Below the pieces are notes generated by a model, which searched no databases, was not told the origin of the DNA, and was given only the letters and a program-made list of their open reading frames with translations. Below, in pieces: positions 27,740 to 40,077 of a DNA stretch of 64,000 nucleotides; within the stretch, counting starts at the first letter, position 1, and every line of letters begins with the position of its first letter. Source of the stretch: Octopus sinensis (Eukaryota); NCBI RefSeq assembly GCF_006345805.1, contig NC_043000.1:37138001-37202000 (forward strand). The letters are read 5' to 3'. The translations under genes were made by a program, and so were the position numbers.

Positions 27740-28129
27740 CTGTAGGGATGGGCAGATGAAGTTTGGATGATCAATGTGCCTCTAGGCTTCTTCAGAGGGT
27801 CTAAGTGGTAGGGAAGGTTAATATATATAAGAAACAATAGGTACAGTATGTTTGTTATATATGGTCATTTTTTTTCTTGCTAAATAAACACAAGACACTA
27901 TATAGTTGTTCCTCACTTCAGTTTTATTATTGTTCTTGGTTTAGTGTCCTTTGCCTGAAATCTTTTGTCACACATCCTGTGACCTCTTCCGTCACTTTCT
28001 ATCCCATATGTCTCCTCCTTTTCTGTTTAGTCTGGCATAAAAAAGCAAAAAATAACCATCCTGAAATACAACAATATCTGTTTTGACACACGATTTCAAA
28101 TCAGGAATCTTGCAAAACAAATACATAAA

Positions 28130-28169
<40 letters not shown>

Positions 28170-28171
<2 letters not shown>

Positions 28172-28612
28172 ACCTTACTGGCACTTGTGCACCAGCGTTG
28201 CCTTACTGGCACTTGTACCCGTGCTAATAGGGTGCCAAGGGCACCATCCAAGTGAGATCGTTGCCAGAGCAACCAACTGGCTTCCATGCCGGTGGCACAT
28301 AAAAGGCACCATTCAAGCGTGATCATTACCAACGTCACCTCACTGTCACCTGTGCCAGTGGCAGTGGCATGTGTAAAAAGATTCAAGCGAGGTCATTGCC
28401 AGTACCACCTGACTGGACCCCGTGCCAGTGGCACGTAAAAAGCACCCACTACACTCATGGAGTGGTTGGCGTTAGGAAGGGCATCCAGCTGTAGAAACTC
28501 TGCCAGATCAAGATTGGAGCCTGGTGCAGCCATCTGGTTCGCCAGCCCTCAGTCAAAATCGTCCAACCCATACTAGCATGAAAAGCGGACGTTAAACGAT
28601 AATGATGATGAT
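28170..28612 (+). mobile_element. Family D interspersed repeat, well preserved
   Basis: Internal tandem ccttactggcacttgt and ccagtggca..gtaaaaag blocks, then aagcacccactacactc...ggacgttaaacgat(aat)gatgat. Confidence 0.85.
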
Positions 28613-29910
28613 GAGGCTTCTTTCAGTTTCCATCTACTAAATCTACTCGCAAGGCTTTGGTCAGCCATGGGCTGTAGAAGAAACACTTGCACAAGATGCA
28701 ACACAAGTGGGACTAAACCTGAAACCATGTGGTTAGGTACAGCCAAGCATGTATATGCACACCCACACACACACACATGCTATACATGCAATGGCATTCA
28801 TTTTGAATGGAAAGCAATGTTGAACCAAAACAGGATTTGATTTTGGGGGGTTGAGGTGGGGTTGATTGTGAAGAGGGTACTGTACCTATAGCCTTCACAG
28901 GTACTCTGAAACATATGATGCTTAGTTCGAGCAGCTACATGTTAACACATGTGTCAAAAAAAGCATGGGATGACAATTTCCAGACAGTTGATATCTTGGG
29001 AGAGAAGGATTCAGAAAAGTTAGTTAGTAGTACAAAGACTAGGTTCATAGGAGGAGGTGACCCAGCAAGAGGGAGTGATTTAGGCAGATGTGGCCTGAAA
29101 ATAACTAGCTGCAAGGAACAGAGGCCATTGCAGTATCAGTTGAATGAGCAGAATGAGGATACATTTTTCTGACAACTGTGGATAGAGGTTGGGCATGTTT
29201 CAGTGAATGAATCTTATCCAATTTGCCAGAGAGCCTTTTTGTTTTTGGATATGATCTGTAGAACTCAGATGGATGAAACCAAAATACTTTAAGACATTTA
29301 GTCTGATGCTTTGCTATTTTTAACCAACCCGTTGCTCTACTACTACTATTAATACCAATTATTTCACATGACTTTGAAGATGTGGAGGTTAAAATTAAAA
29401 CAATAATGACATGTTAAAAATACAACAGCAATTTTTGCTGCGAAAATATCTTCATATTTACCTGGCAGTATGGCAGTTGCTAGAAGATGTTTCATTTTCT
29501 ATATTTACCAGGAGTTAATAATAAACAAGTAACAAAAGCTATCAACAGTCCTTTTGTTACCAGGATGGTTCACATGGGGTTGTTGTTTTTGTTCATACTT
29601 AGCCTCAGATCAACTTTTATCGAAAGACATATAACTAAAAGCATTCCTTATAGGCACAGGTGTGGCTGTGTGCTAAGAAGCTTGCTTTCCATACACATGG
29701 TTCCGAGTTCAGTCCCACTGCATGGCATCTTGGGCAAGTGTCTTCTACTATAGCCTTGAAATAAAAAAGCCTTGTGAGTGAATTTCATTGACAGAAACTG
29801 AGAGAAGACCATTACACACACACATATATGTATGTGTGCGTGTGCTATCATCATCATCGTTTAACGTCCGCTTTCCATGCTAGCATGGGTTGGACGGAGT
29901 GCTATATATG

Positions 29911-29947
<37 letters not shown>

Positions 29948-31083
29948 GTGAGTTAAGTTAGAGGTTATAAAAACCATCTAAGGGATATTTATATCCAATG
30001 AATTACTGGTGTATTACCTATGTGTGATTATGAGCACTAGTATGAACGCTCATAAATGATAGGTAAGGAAAGGAATAAACTGAAGTCTATCTATATTTAA
30101 GGGAAAATAAGAAAATAGAGATAAAATTGATAATTGATAAGCATCAATTATTATTTATTGATTACAAAAAAAGACAATATCTCATCTAACAGCTGTTTCA
30201 GTTCGAGTTATTTTGGGCATATTCAGGCTTAATTATTACAATAATAATAATTACCACTGTTAATAAGCACCCACTACACTCTCGGAGTGGTTGGTGTTAG
30301 GAAGGGCATCCAGCTGTAGAAACACTGCCAGATCAGACTGGAGCCTGGTGCAGCCATCTGGCTCACCAGGCCTCAGTCAAATTGTCCAACCCATGTTAGC
30401 ATCGAAAGAGGACGTTAAGCGATGATGATGATGATGAATTATACCAACTTAAATAGTGGAACTTCATCAGAGTGGAAAAATAAAGAAGAAAGAAAAGAAA
30501 AGAAAGAGAAAAAAGAGAAAATAAGGATATACCAATTGATGTTAGATGCTAACCCTCTGAAAAGTAAGCATTGGGGTCAATTCATTCAAGTAAGAATTCT
30601 TCAAGGCAGTGCCCCAGCATGGCTGCAGTCAAATGACTGAAAGAAGTAAAAGATAAAAGATGACCATCCTGCCTTTTAAGCATATTATCAACTGTTTTCA
30701 TTCCCCTCATCTAACTCAGTAACAATGTTACCTGCACCATCACCATCACTTAACATCTCCATGCTGGCATGGTTTGGATCATTTGACAGAAGCTGGCAAA
30801 TCAGAAGACTGTGCCAAGCTCTACATAGTATCTACAGCTGGATGCCCTTCCTAATGCCAAATTAAATTTCTGTATATATGGACATTGTTGATTTCTGGCC
30901 TGTTAAATACCTTCAAGCAAAGGTACATACTAACCCATAGCAATAGGTAAATAAGATTAGTAGGGATTTTTACCAGCAGCCTGAGCCATTAAATTATTGC
31001 TATTCAAATTCATTATCATATAGCCATTTCACCAAGCTGGCATGGATGGGGTAGTATTTTTCTAGTAGAATATCTTACTACTT

Positions 31084-31364
31084 GTCCATGATAATATCCA
31101 GGATTTCCATCTTATTATCCAAGAATCCATATTAATATCCATGATTTCCCTGTTAATATCCAGTATAACTCTGCCAATATCTAAAATATCCATGTTAAAA
31201 ACCAGAATCTCCAAGTTAATATCCAAGAAATCATTGTTAGTATCTAACTTCTCCATGTTAATGTCTTGAATATTCATGTTAATATCCAAGATAAGCATGC
31301 TTATATCCAGGATCTCCATGTTAATATCAAGTACATCCATGACGTCCATAGTAATATCCACAAT
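31084..31364 (-). repeat. Degenerate 21-bp tandem repeat (about 13 units), translating as ILDINME heptads on the minus strand
   Basis: Consensus atcctggatattaacatggag. Minus frame reads IVDITMD-VMD-VLDINME-ILDISML-ILDINMN-IQDINME-KLDTNND-FLDINLE-ILVFNMD-ILDIGRV-ILDINRE-IMDINMD, then a 1-nt deletion near 31123. Confidence 0.85.
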
Positions 31365-32709
31365 GCTACAGTCTAACATAAAACAAGCTGCCACATCTCA
31401 GGGATCTCAGTCATTGTACAGTTATTCCCTTGTAAAGTCAGTAACCTCTCTTAAATTTTTAATCATGGCCTGACTGACTTAAAAGGAATAGACTCTGTTG
31501 CTTATATGAGGAGTGGGGCACATATTTCTTATTTACATGATAGTTTACTGGTTGCAACTTAGATGCAATAAAAACAAAAAAAAAAAAACAGAGTAAAACA
31601 CGGTGTCTAATGTTCATAACATTGAAGCTCCTCAATGTTTCCAACTGCTCACATTACTCAGAGTTTTGCTTAGTTATCTTATTAAACAGTCACCTCTTCT
31701 ATATTTTTATTGTCTGTCAGGGGCGAGTGAATAAATGTGAAAACTAGAAGCTAAACATAAATCATTAGAATAGTTTGATTAAGAATAATTTCAGAGACAT
31801 GTTGAGTGAGAAGACTTTATGCTGAAAGACATTCCAGTCATGACCATCCTGTTTTTATTCAGATATAGAGTACTGAGAACATTATTTGCCATTTCTTTTC
31901 ATTTTGAGATGGCAGTGAGTAATTTGTAGGAGATCTGACTGCTATTTCTAGCAATTTGACCAACTATATAAGAGCTCCTAAGATGCTTCATACATTTCCA
32001 TGGTGATACCACATATATATATATATTCTAAAAACATTTCACCTTCTCTATTTTCAGATCTTCTCTCTTTTCTTAATTGTTTCACGTCTGAACACAGCAC
32101 AGAGTGGTCTTTTCTTGCTTCAGTTTCACTAATGTTGCTGTTACTAATGCAGCTACTACTACTGCAGATGTTAACATTATTGCGGCTACTGCTGCTACTA
32201 CAACCACCACTGTGACTACTATTACTACTACTATCATTATCACTAATATTGCAATTTCTTTCTGTTCTTTCAACAAATTTTGGTCATCAACAAAGCCATC
32301 ATTCAAACTGTCACAGCAATTACTGCTGTTATTTTTGCAGCTATTGCTATCACTTATTGTTAAAATTGACTTCTAGCATCTTCTTCATTGTAGTAGAAGA
32401 AACAGCCATTTTACCTGCTTTACCTGCCAGTGGGTGGTGGTTGTACGCTTAGACTGGTTGGTTGGCTGGTGAAATAAATTTTAATTTTCTTAACAAAGGA
32501 AAACTTCTCTAACCAAACCCTCTGCCCTAACTACTTGCCAGTTCCTTATCTTTAAAATGTGATAATGGGAAAAACTGGTAGCATTTTCTTTCTTTTCTTT
32601 CTAATAAACAACACTATACATCTCATAAAGAAACATATTTACATTCAATAATAATGAAGATGATGATGATAATGATAACAATTCTCAATTTGATGTCTGT
32701 TTTTTCAAG

Positions 32710-32807
32710 TTGGTAAAGGTTGTACAACAGATTCCCATAAGATACTATCGCGAACAACAAACACACCTTATGCTGGTTTTCTCAAGGCATTTGGAAATAG
32801 ATTGGGG
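32710..32807 (+). other. Candidate 98-nt exon
   Basis: Acceptor tctgttttttcaag| and donor GGG|gtaatt. Two frames open (GKGCTTDSHKILSRTTNTPYAGFLKAFGNRLG; LVKVVQQIPIRYYREQQTHLMLVFSRHLEIDW). No homologue recognised. Confidence 0.2.
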
Positions 32808-33599
32808 GTAATTTATTCTTTTATAACAGAATACTTTTACATTGTCAATTTGAATCATCATCATCATCAGCATTTAATGTCCGTTGGACTAATAAGTGTC
32901 ATAGTCATTGTAATCATCATCATTTTCATATATATATAATATATATATATATTTTTTCTTTTTTCTCCTTTATGTTGACATGGGTTGGACAGGTCTTTGC
33001 AGTACAATATCTTGCCGCATGCTACAGTCTTTCCCTCTTCTTTATCACTTTTGCATACACCTGAAGGAGTAGGAGATATTTTAATTTGCTTCTTTGGAGC
33101 AAGTAAGGGTTGCTGACAAGAAGAGCATCTGAGCATAGAAGATCTGGTCCATCAATCTTATCTAACTCATGCAAGCATAGAAAATTGGATATTATATATA
33201 TGTAAGTGTCAAACAATGAGAATGAATGCTCAACACCACACTGGTGGATAAAGATTCTTTATTTGTGTAGGCTGCCATTAGTTTCATGTTATGGAATACC
33301 TCAATGATTATCAAGCCTATCACATGGAGCATCGGTGTTTGTCTCCTGAAATCTGGACAGATTCCCCAGCAGGCCAGCTTCTCTCAAACTGTTCAACCCA
33401 TGCTAACATGGAAAACAGATATCAAATGATGATGATGATATATATATATATGTATAAAGATGTGTGTATGCATGTATTTATATATATATACATACATACA
33501 TACATATATTTATAATAAATGTAGGTGGCATACGAGTGAGTATATATTTATAAAAAAGAAGTTTGAAAACACCACTATAAAAGATTAATTTTAATTTTA

Positions 33600-33647
33600 A
33601 TTTTACATGTTTCGGTTCTTCTTGAAAAAATGAACCTTATCAAAAAT
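33600..33647 (-). ncRNA. Minimal type I hammerhead ribozyme motif (U3-A8 variant, palindromic helix III)
   Basis: Minus strand: attt UUGAUAA ggttc[attttttcaagaa]gaacc GAA Acatgt A aaat. Helix II is 5 bp starting G-C, helix III is the palindrome ACAUGU, the triplet is GUA and helix I is 4 bp. Confidence 0.6.
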
Positions 33648-33898
33648 ATTTTAAAAAGTTAAGTGTAATAAAAAAGTTCATAATTGTTTCTTACTGGTGT
33701 CAACAGAGTACACGTGGTGGTGTTTTGTGGGGGGGGGAGCATAATGGCTGTCTTGTGCATTGACTAGATTTGTTGGCTGTAATTGTGAAAAACAAAAAAA
33801 AATATATATAGTTGAAATTTACAGAAAAACAAAAGACAAAGACAGGTGCATAAACAACAAACAGGTGTATTAGTTTGACACTTGGGAAGGTGAGAAAA

Positions 33899-33936
33899 TC
33901 TTTTATGTTTCAAGCCTACGCTCTTCAACAGAAAAG
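33899..33936 (-). ncRNA. Decayed minimal hammerhead-like motif in a Penelope-like repeat
   Basis: Minus strand: ctttt CUGUUGA a gagc[gtag]gctt GAAA cat A aaag. Core A6 is replaced by U; ACAT would be a CpG-decay product of an ACGT palindrome. Confidence 0.45.
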
Positions 33937-34040
33937 AAAACGATAAAATAAACAGAGAGAGAATAAAAAAGAACTTGTGAATTTAGTGGTCCATCAATAT
34001 ACATACATACATACATACATATATACATATATATATAGAC

Positions 34041-34426
34041 GCAGGAGTGGCTGTGTGGTAAGTAGCTTGCTTACTGAACCACATGGTTCGGGTTCAGTCC
34101 CACTGCGTGGCACTTTGGGCAAGTGTCTTCTACTATAGCCTCAGGCTAACCAAAACATTGTGAGTGGATTTGGTAGATGGAAACTGAAAGAAGCCTGTTG
34201 TATATATGTATATATATATATGTGTGTGTTTGTCCTCCCAACATTGCTTGACAACTGATGCTGGTGTGTTCATGCCCCCGTAACTTAGCGGTTCAGCAAA
34301 AGAGACCGATAGAATAAGTACTAGGCTTACAAAGAATAAGTCCTGGGGTCGATTTGCTCGACTAAAGGCAGTGCTCCAGCATGGCCGCAGTCAAATGACT
34401 GAAACAAGTAAAAGAGTAAAAGAGAG
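34041..34426 (+). mobile_element. Family A tRNA-headed SINE, full length
   Basis: A-box-like tggctgtgtgg, B-box-like ggttcagtcc, ttgggcaagtgtcttctactatagcc, internal (TA)/(TG) tract, tail gtcaaatgactgaaacaagtaaaagag. Confidence 0.92.
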
Positions 34427-34448
34427 TATATATATATATATATATATA

Positions 34449-34698
34449 GAGATAAAGAAATAATTTTATTTTTAAAAGCAGGATAATGCTAATAAAATAG
34501 CATGAACAGGATAAAGTATCCATATTTTGCAGAAAAATCTGTCCGCAGCCAGACTTCACGAGTAATCACAGGGATGTGAGTTCAAGTCTCATGGTTGGCT
34601 GCAGACAGATTTTTCTACAAAATATGGATAGTTTATCCTGTTCATGCTATTTTATTAGCATTATCCTGCATTTGAGAATAAAATTACTTCCTTATCTG
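34449..34698. mobile_element. Foldback element / MITE with about 102-bp inverted arms and a 44-bp spacer, TA-flanked
   Basis: 34450-34551 vs reverse-complement of 34596-34697: 8 mismatches in 102 bp. TA at 34447-48 and 34699-700. The right end reads TA|CAGATAA on the minus strand, like Tc1/mariner ends. Confidence 0.85.
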
Positions 34699-34733
34699 TA
34701 TCTTTCAATACATCTCAACGCTTCTAAAGTAAA

Positions 34734-34974
34734 CTTCTTTAAGTGGTGCCAACACCAGAGCTTCTCTAAGTGGCACTAACACCAGAGTCTCCTTAAGTGG
34801 CAGCAGCACCAGAGCTTCTCTAAGTGGCACTAACACTAGAGCTTCTTTAAGTGGCACTAGCACCAGAGCTTTTTTAAGTGGTACCAGCACCAGAGCTTCT
34901 TTAAGTGGCACTAACACTAGAGCTTCCTTAAGTGGTGGCAGCACCAGAGCTTCTCTAAGTGGCACTAGCACCAG
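34734..34974. repeat. Minisatellite, 27-bp unit, about 9 copies
   Basis: Unit agtggcactaacaccagagcttctcta; open as SGTNTRASL repeats (+) and PLKEALVLV repeats (-). Confidence 0.95.
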
Positions 34975-36357
34975 TACTTTTTACCACAAGACTAGAAATT
35001 TGGAGGAAAGGAACACTTGATTATATCAGTCCAGAGTAAATGACTGGTACTTTAGTTTAAAGACTTTGTAATGATGAAAGGTGAAGTAAACCTCAACAGG
35101 ATTTGAACTCAAAATGTAAAACGTCCCTAGAGTGATAATAAATAAGGGTTTCTCATACTGAAACATCTAAACTGAATTGACCCCAGTACATAACTGACAC
35201 TCATGGTGTTGACCCTGGCTTAATGGGATCTGATTTCAAAGCGAAGGGTGGAGCAAGAAGGAGAACAACTGAATACACTTAGATATTTTGTCAGGTGTTC
35301 CATGCTTTAAGTTACTCTACCATCATTTTAACGATAATGTTGAAGGTAACGTTTATGATGATGTTGATGATGATGATGATCAAGACGGTAACGATGACAA
35401 TGATGATGATGATTGTGGGGGAAACGATGATGACAATGATGTGGTGATGATGGTGATCATGCAGTAATAATGATGATGAGAATGATAGGGATGAAGGAGG
35501 TGCTAACAGTGGTGATGGTAATGATGATGGTGATGACAATGATGATGATGATGATAATGATGATGATGATGGCGACAATGATGACGGTGGTGTTGATGAT
35601 GATGGTGGTAGGACAAAATGAAAAAATTTTAGAATACAGAAAGAAAAACAAAAAACAAATATCATTAGCCTTGTGAGATTATTTCTGGAAAATTCTATCC
35701 AGTATGTATAAAAATAACTCAAGTTATATGAATTCTCTTTACTTAGACTGCTAAAAGACCTACATGTAAGCTAGCACTGTTCTTCTGGTTGTTGTTGTAG
35801 TAGTTGTTGATTATTGTGCTTGTAATGGTGGTGGTGCTACTGATGATGATGATACACTACCAACAGTTGTAGGATTTCTTACACCATGTGAATGAAAAAA
35901 AGATATCTTCTAAAGTTCCAAGACATTTGAAGAATTTAAACAGACCATCAGTTTCGGTCATTGATATATCATTTTATTATCTGCCATAGATTGTCATCAT
36001 CATCATCATCATCATCATCACCAACAGCTTAGTCCTGGGTGAAACTCAGAGTAACCTGGTGACTTTTTGATATAATAAAAAAACTATCATCTTCAACCAG
36101 CATAGGGAATTCTATAATATCAGACAATGTTTGCACTTTGGAAAATATATTTCTAACATATATTACAACTTTTAAATTGCAGTGTACACACACACACACA
36201 CAAGCACGGCACGTGTCTTCCCACAGACACACACGTCCAAATATACGTACATATAAATACGCACTTATATGACAGGCGCCTTTCAGTTTTTGTCCATCGA
36301 TTCCAATCACAAAATTTTGGTCAAGGCCACACAGTGAGACCTTGGGCAAATAGTGTA

Positions 36358-36413
<56 letters not shown>

Positions 36414-38015
36414 ATGTGATATATGTGTGTGTGTATATGTATGTGATACATATATGTGTGTGTATGTGTGCCTATCTATCTATTTATATATATGCATATA
36501 TGAATTCATGTAAATATGTTTGTATATATGTGCATGTAAATGTATGTGTATAGACAGATGGATAAATAGACACACATACACACGCACACACACACACAAT
36601 CACTCACATTGTGTGACCTTCTGCTGAACACGTTATAACAAGGAAAACTTATGAAATAAATGCCATATGCTTACTCTGTTTATAAATAGTGCAGAAAATG
36701 TAAAATAGATTTAGAACAGATGGTTAGGTAGGCAGTTAGAAATAGATCTAAATATAATAGTAACCTAACAAACATCATACTCAGATGAAGCTAAGCAACA
36801 CAGTCTTGCAATCTCACAATCTTGTTGAATTGATGTCATACTAGCATTGGAATTTAAATTTTTGTCAATACCACAGTTGTTAGCCTCTTCTATTACATAG
36901 TTGTGAATCACTGTGAAACTGGTTCTTCATTTTGCATGGATATGTGCCATTGTTTTCCTTATTATCCTTTTATTAGTTTGTTAATGGACTATGGCAGTGC
37001 CAAAGACCTGTCTTCAAAGATTTAGTCAATCATAGCTGGAGTAGGTATTTCTATCTCACACTTATTTTATCAATCTCTGTTTGAATTGCTTCATGACAGG
37101 ACTAAAGAGACACAAAATAAATAGATGCTCACACAAACACACACAAGATGGCCCTCTACTTATTTTCCACCAGTCGAATTCGACTCAAAAAGTATTGCTT
37201 AACTCTAGGCTAGAGTAGAAAACAATGACACAAAATGATGGTCAGAGAGATTGAACTAGGAACCATGTGGTTATGAAGTGGACATGCTTAACCAGATGAC
37301 TATGCTGGCTGGTATTATCAACTGAGATGTCAAAATGAAGTGAGTTGTGTGATAATAAATCACTGCACATTTAATTTGAAACATTGAAGAAAAAAATGTT
37401 ATATTGAATAATATTTGAAATAGGTCACCCACTGGCATCATCATCATCTATGACAAGGTTGTCAAATTTATATGGCCCTGTGAGCCAAACTGAGACATAA
37501 ATTAGAGGCCAAAAATTTAAAAAAAACCTTATCCATAATATAGGACAAAGTAAGTGGAAGAAGGGTTCCATATATATAATAACTTTATTTGTAATAAAGA
37601 AAACAAATAATATCAGGGATTAAGTGAAGTTTGTGTTAATGTTTCGGAAAACTTTGTTCACATAGTCTATACACGGCCAGCCATATTACATAAGACCCCT
37701 TAGAGTGGGAACATAGATAGAAACTGTTCAAATGAATTTATCTCTCATCAATATCATCATCAGTATTATAGTCAAAATCCCCAATATCTTTATGAAACAC
37801 GTCTTTACAGCGCTGTCATAGCCTACTATATTGCATAGGTCTACTATATTTCATATTTAAAATAGTTTCTATTTAGTACCATCATGTTTACAAGAACTGA
37901 CTGTTTTGTGATTTGATCTCACAACAACTTCACACAGATATACATAAACACATACACACATATACATATATAAGATATAAACAAAACACACATATACATA
38001 TATACATGCACAAAC

Positions 38016-38070
<55 letters not shown>

Positions 38071-39084
38071 TTATAGTTTCTGTGCCACCCCAACTGTCTT
38101 CTGAGAAGTAAACAAGAATACTACAGGTGTTTGGAAACATTTGGTAAGCAGAACCTAGACTGGGGTGTCGAGGTTGTATCTTAATCATTGCATATAAGTC
38201 TGTCTGCTAAAAAGTAATTTTGATGCAGGGTAGGGTACTATAGCTTGCACTCTGCATTCAGATAGTAAAGTGCAGAATACATACATATATACATACAAGT
38301 ATATGCATATATGTATACATATGTATGTGTAAAGGAAAAAACATCAAGGAACAACAATGTTCTTTATCAATCTGTTGAAAAATCTGACTAAACTGCCTGG
38401 AGCTGGCTGTTGAAGTTATCAAGATAAACACTGATCTAACTGGAAATGTAAAGGTCAAAACACAAGACACAAGTCTTAGTGGGTGTTTCCCTTTGGTACC
38501 TGAATCAATAAAAAGAATCTAAGACTGCCATGTGTATGTGCATGTATCTTAGGGTTAGGTATTTTCATACATATATGTGTATGTGTAAATATTTTTGTCT
38601 GGATCTGCATGCGTATATCTCTCTGCACGCACACACACACACACACATACACACACAAAGGTAGGCTTTTGTTTGTATGGTATGTGTGTGGGCGCAAGTG
38701 TGTCTTGTATGGTATGTTTGCCTGCATGATTTTATCAGTGTGTGTGTTTGTACACATCAATGCATATGTCAGCATATATTTTACTGATATCTGTGAGCAG
38801 GTGTGTGTGTGTGTGTGTGTATTTGTGTGAGAAAGGGAGTGTAGCCGTAAGCTACACTTACCACTAACTTTAACACTGCATGTATACATACATACATGAG
38901 TGTGTGTGTGTGTGTATACACATGCCAAGAATGTTTGAAACATTTGGTAGTATAAAGAATTAGAATTTTCTTTAGACCCCCAAAAACATCTGTGAATAAA
39001 CACAGGAGATACATGGAAGAACCTTACAATGTAATCTATATAAACTCTGCAGCAGAGTCAATCTCTCCAGAAGCTTTGTTTATT

Positions 39085-39230
39085 TGATTATTATTATTTT
39101 TATTATTATTATTATTACTATTGTTATTATTATTATTGTTATTATTATTATTATTATTGCTATTATTATTATTATCATTATTATTATTATATTATTATTA
39201 TTATTATTTTATTATTATTATTATTATTAT
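39085..39230. repeat. (ATT)n microsatellite
   Basis: Direct reading. Similar (AAT)n tracts at about 8020-8070, 8515-8635, 41590-41690, 53360-53450 and 60475-60585. Confidence 0.95.
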
Positions 39231-39705
39231 TCTGTTGCTTCCTGATTTTGGTGTTATGCCCAGTTTAATTATTCTTCCTATTGAACCATGACTTGTGGTC
39301 TAGGATGAGAAACATTTAGCACCACCTACATAATTTTTTTTTTCTGTTCTTCGTATCTATTCTTATTTTATATTGAGGACTTTCCAGAGAATTCTTGCTG
39401 AATCAAGTAGACATGTTTCCTGCATGCTCCCACCCTAAACAGAATAATGCAAGTCTTTCAAAGGTTTATTCTCCAATCCTTTATCACTGTTCTCAAGACC
39501 CCATCAATAATTGACAGGACCACAGGGTCATGACCTTGTTCCAGTACTTGGAGATTTCATACTTCAAGCTAATATATGTCCCTTTTTCCTTTTTTCCTAT
39601 TCAGATAACACATGGACATGCCATGTCTATAACATTACATAATTTCTTCATATTATTATTATTGAGAGAGAAACCATGGGTGGTTTGTTTAACATTCTTA
39701 AGCTC

Positions 39706-39748
<43 letters not shown>

Positions 39749-40077
39749 CATCATCCTCATTATCATTGCCTGTTTGGATGGACTAACTCTGAACATATGC
39801 TTGTAAATCAGAGGAGTTGTGAAGGAGACCAGTATCTGCTGAGGTGCTCCAGGCAGCAGGAGTAACCAGGATGCATGGGGTTCCTTGGTTGTTCTTGGGT
39901 GGAACTCTCCACTTTTGGGGAATTTTATTGTTGAAATGTTGTTGTTAATTGCTATTATTTTATTTTTATACACAAATTTTTGCACTAGGGCTCACTTGTC
40001 TCCTGTGTTCTATTGTCCCGTTTTGTTTTGTGTTCTGCCCTTGTGGAAAATAAATAAAAAAAAATTATTATTATTAA

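Noticed and set aside
28915-29172. 85-aa plus-strand ORF
   Set aside because: No recognisable family; purine-rich composition suggests a decayed LINE fragment, but I could not confirm motifs.
31084-31364. Gly/Tyr/His-rich (beak- or suckerin-like) reading of the 21-bp repeat
   Set aside because: That frame has TAA in most units, and unit variation is non-conservative in it.
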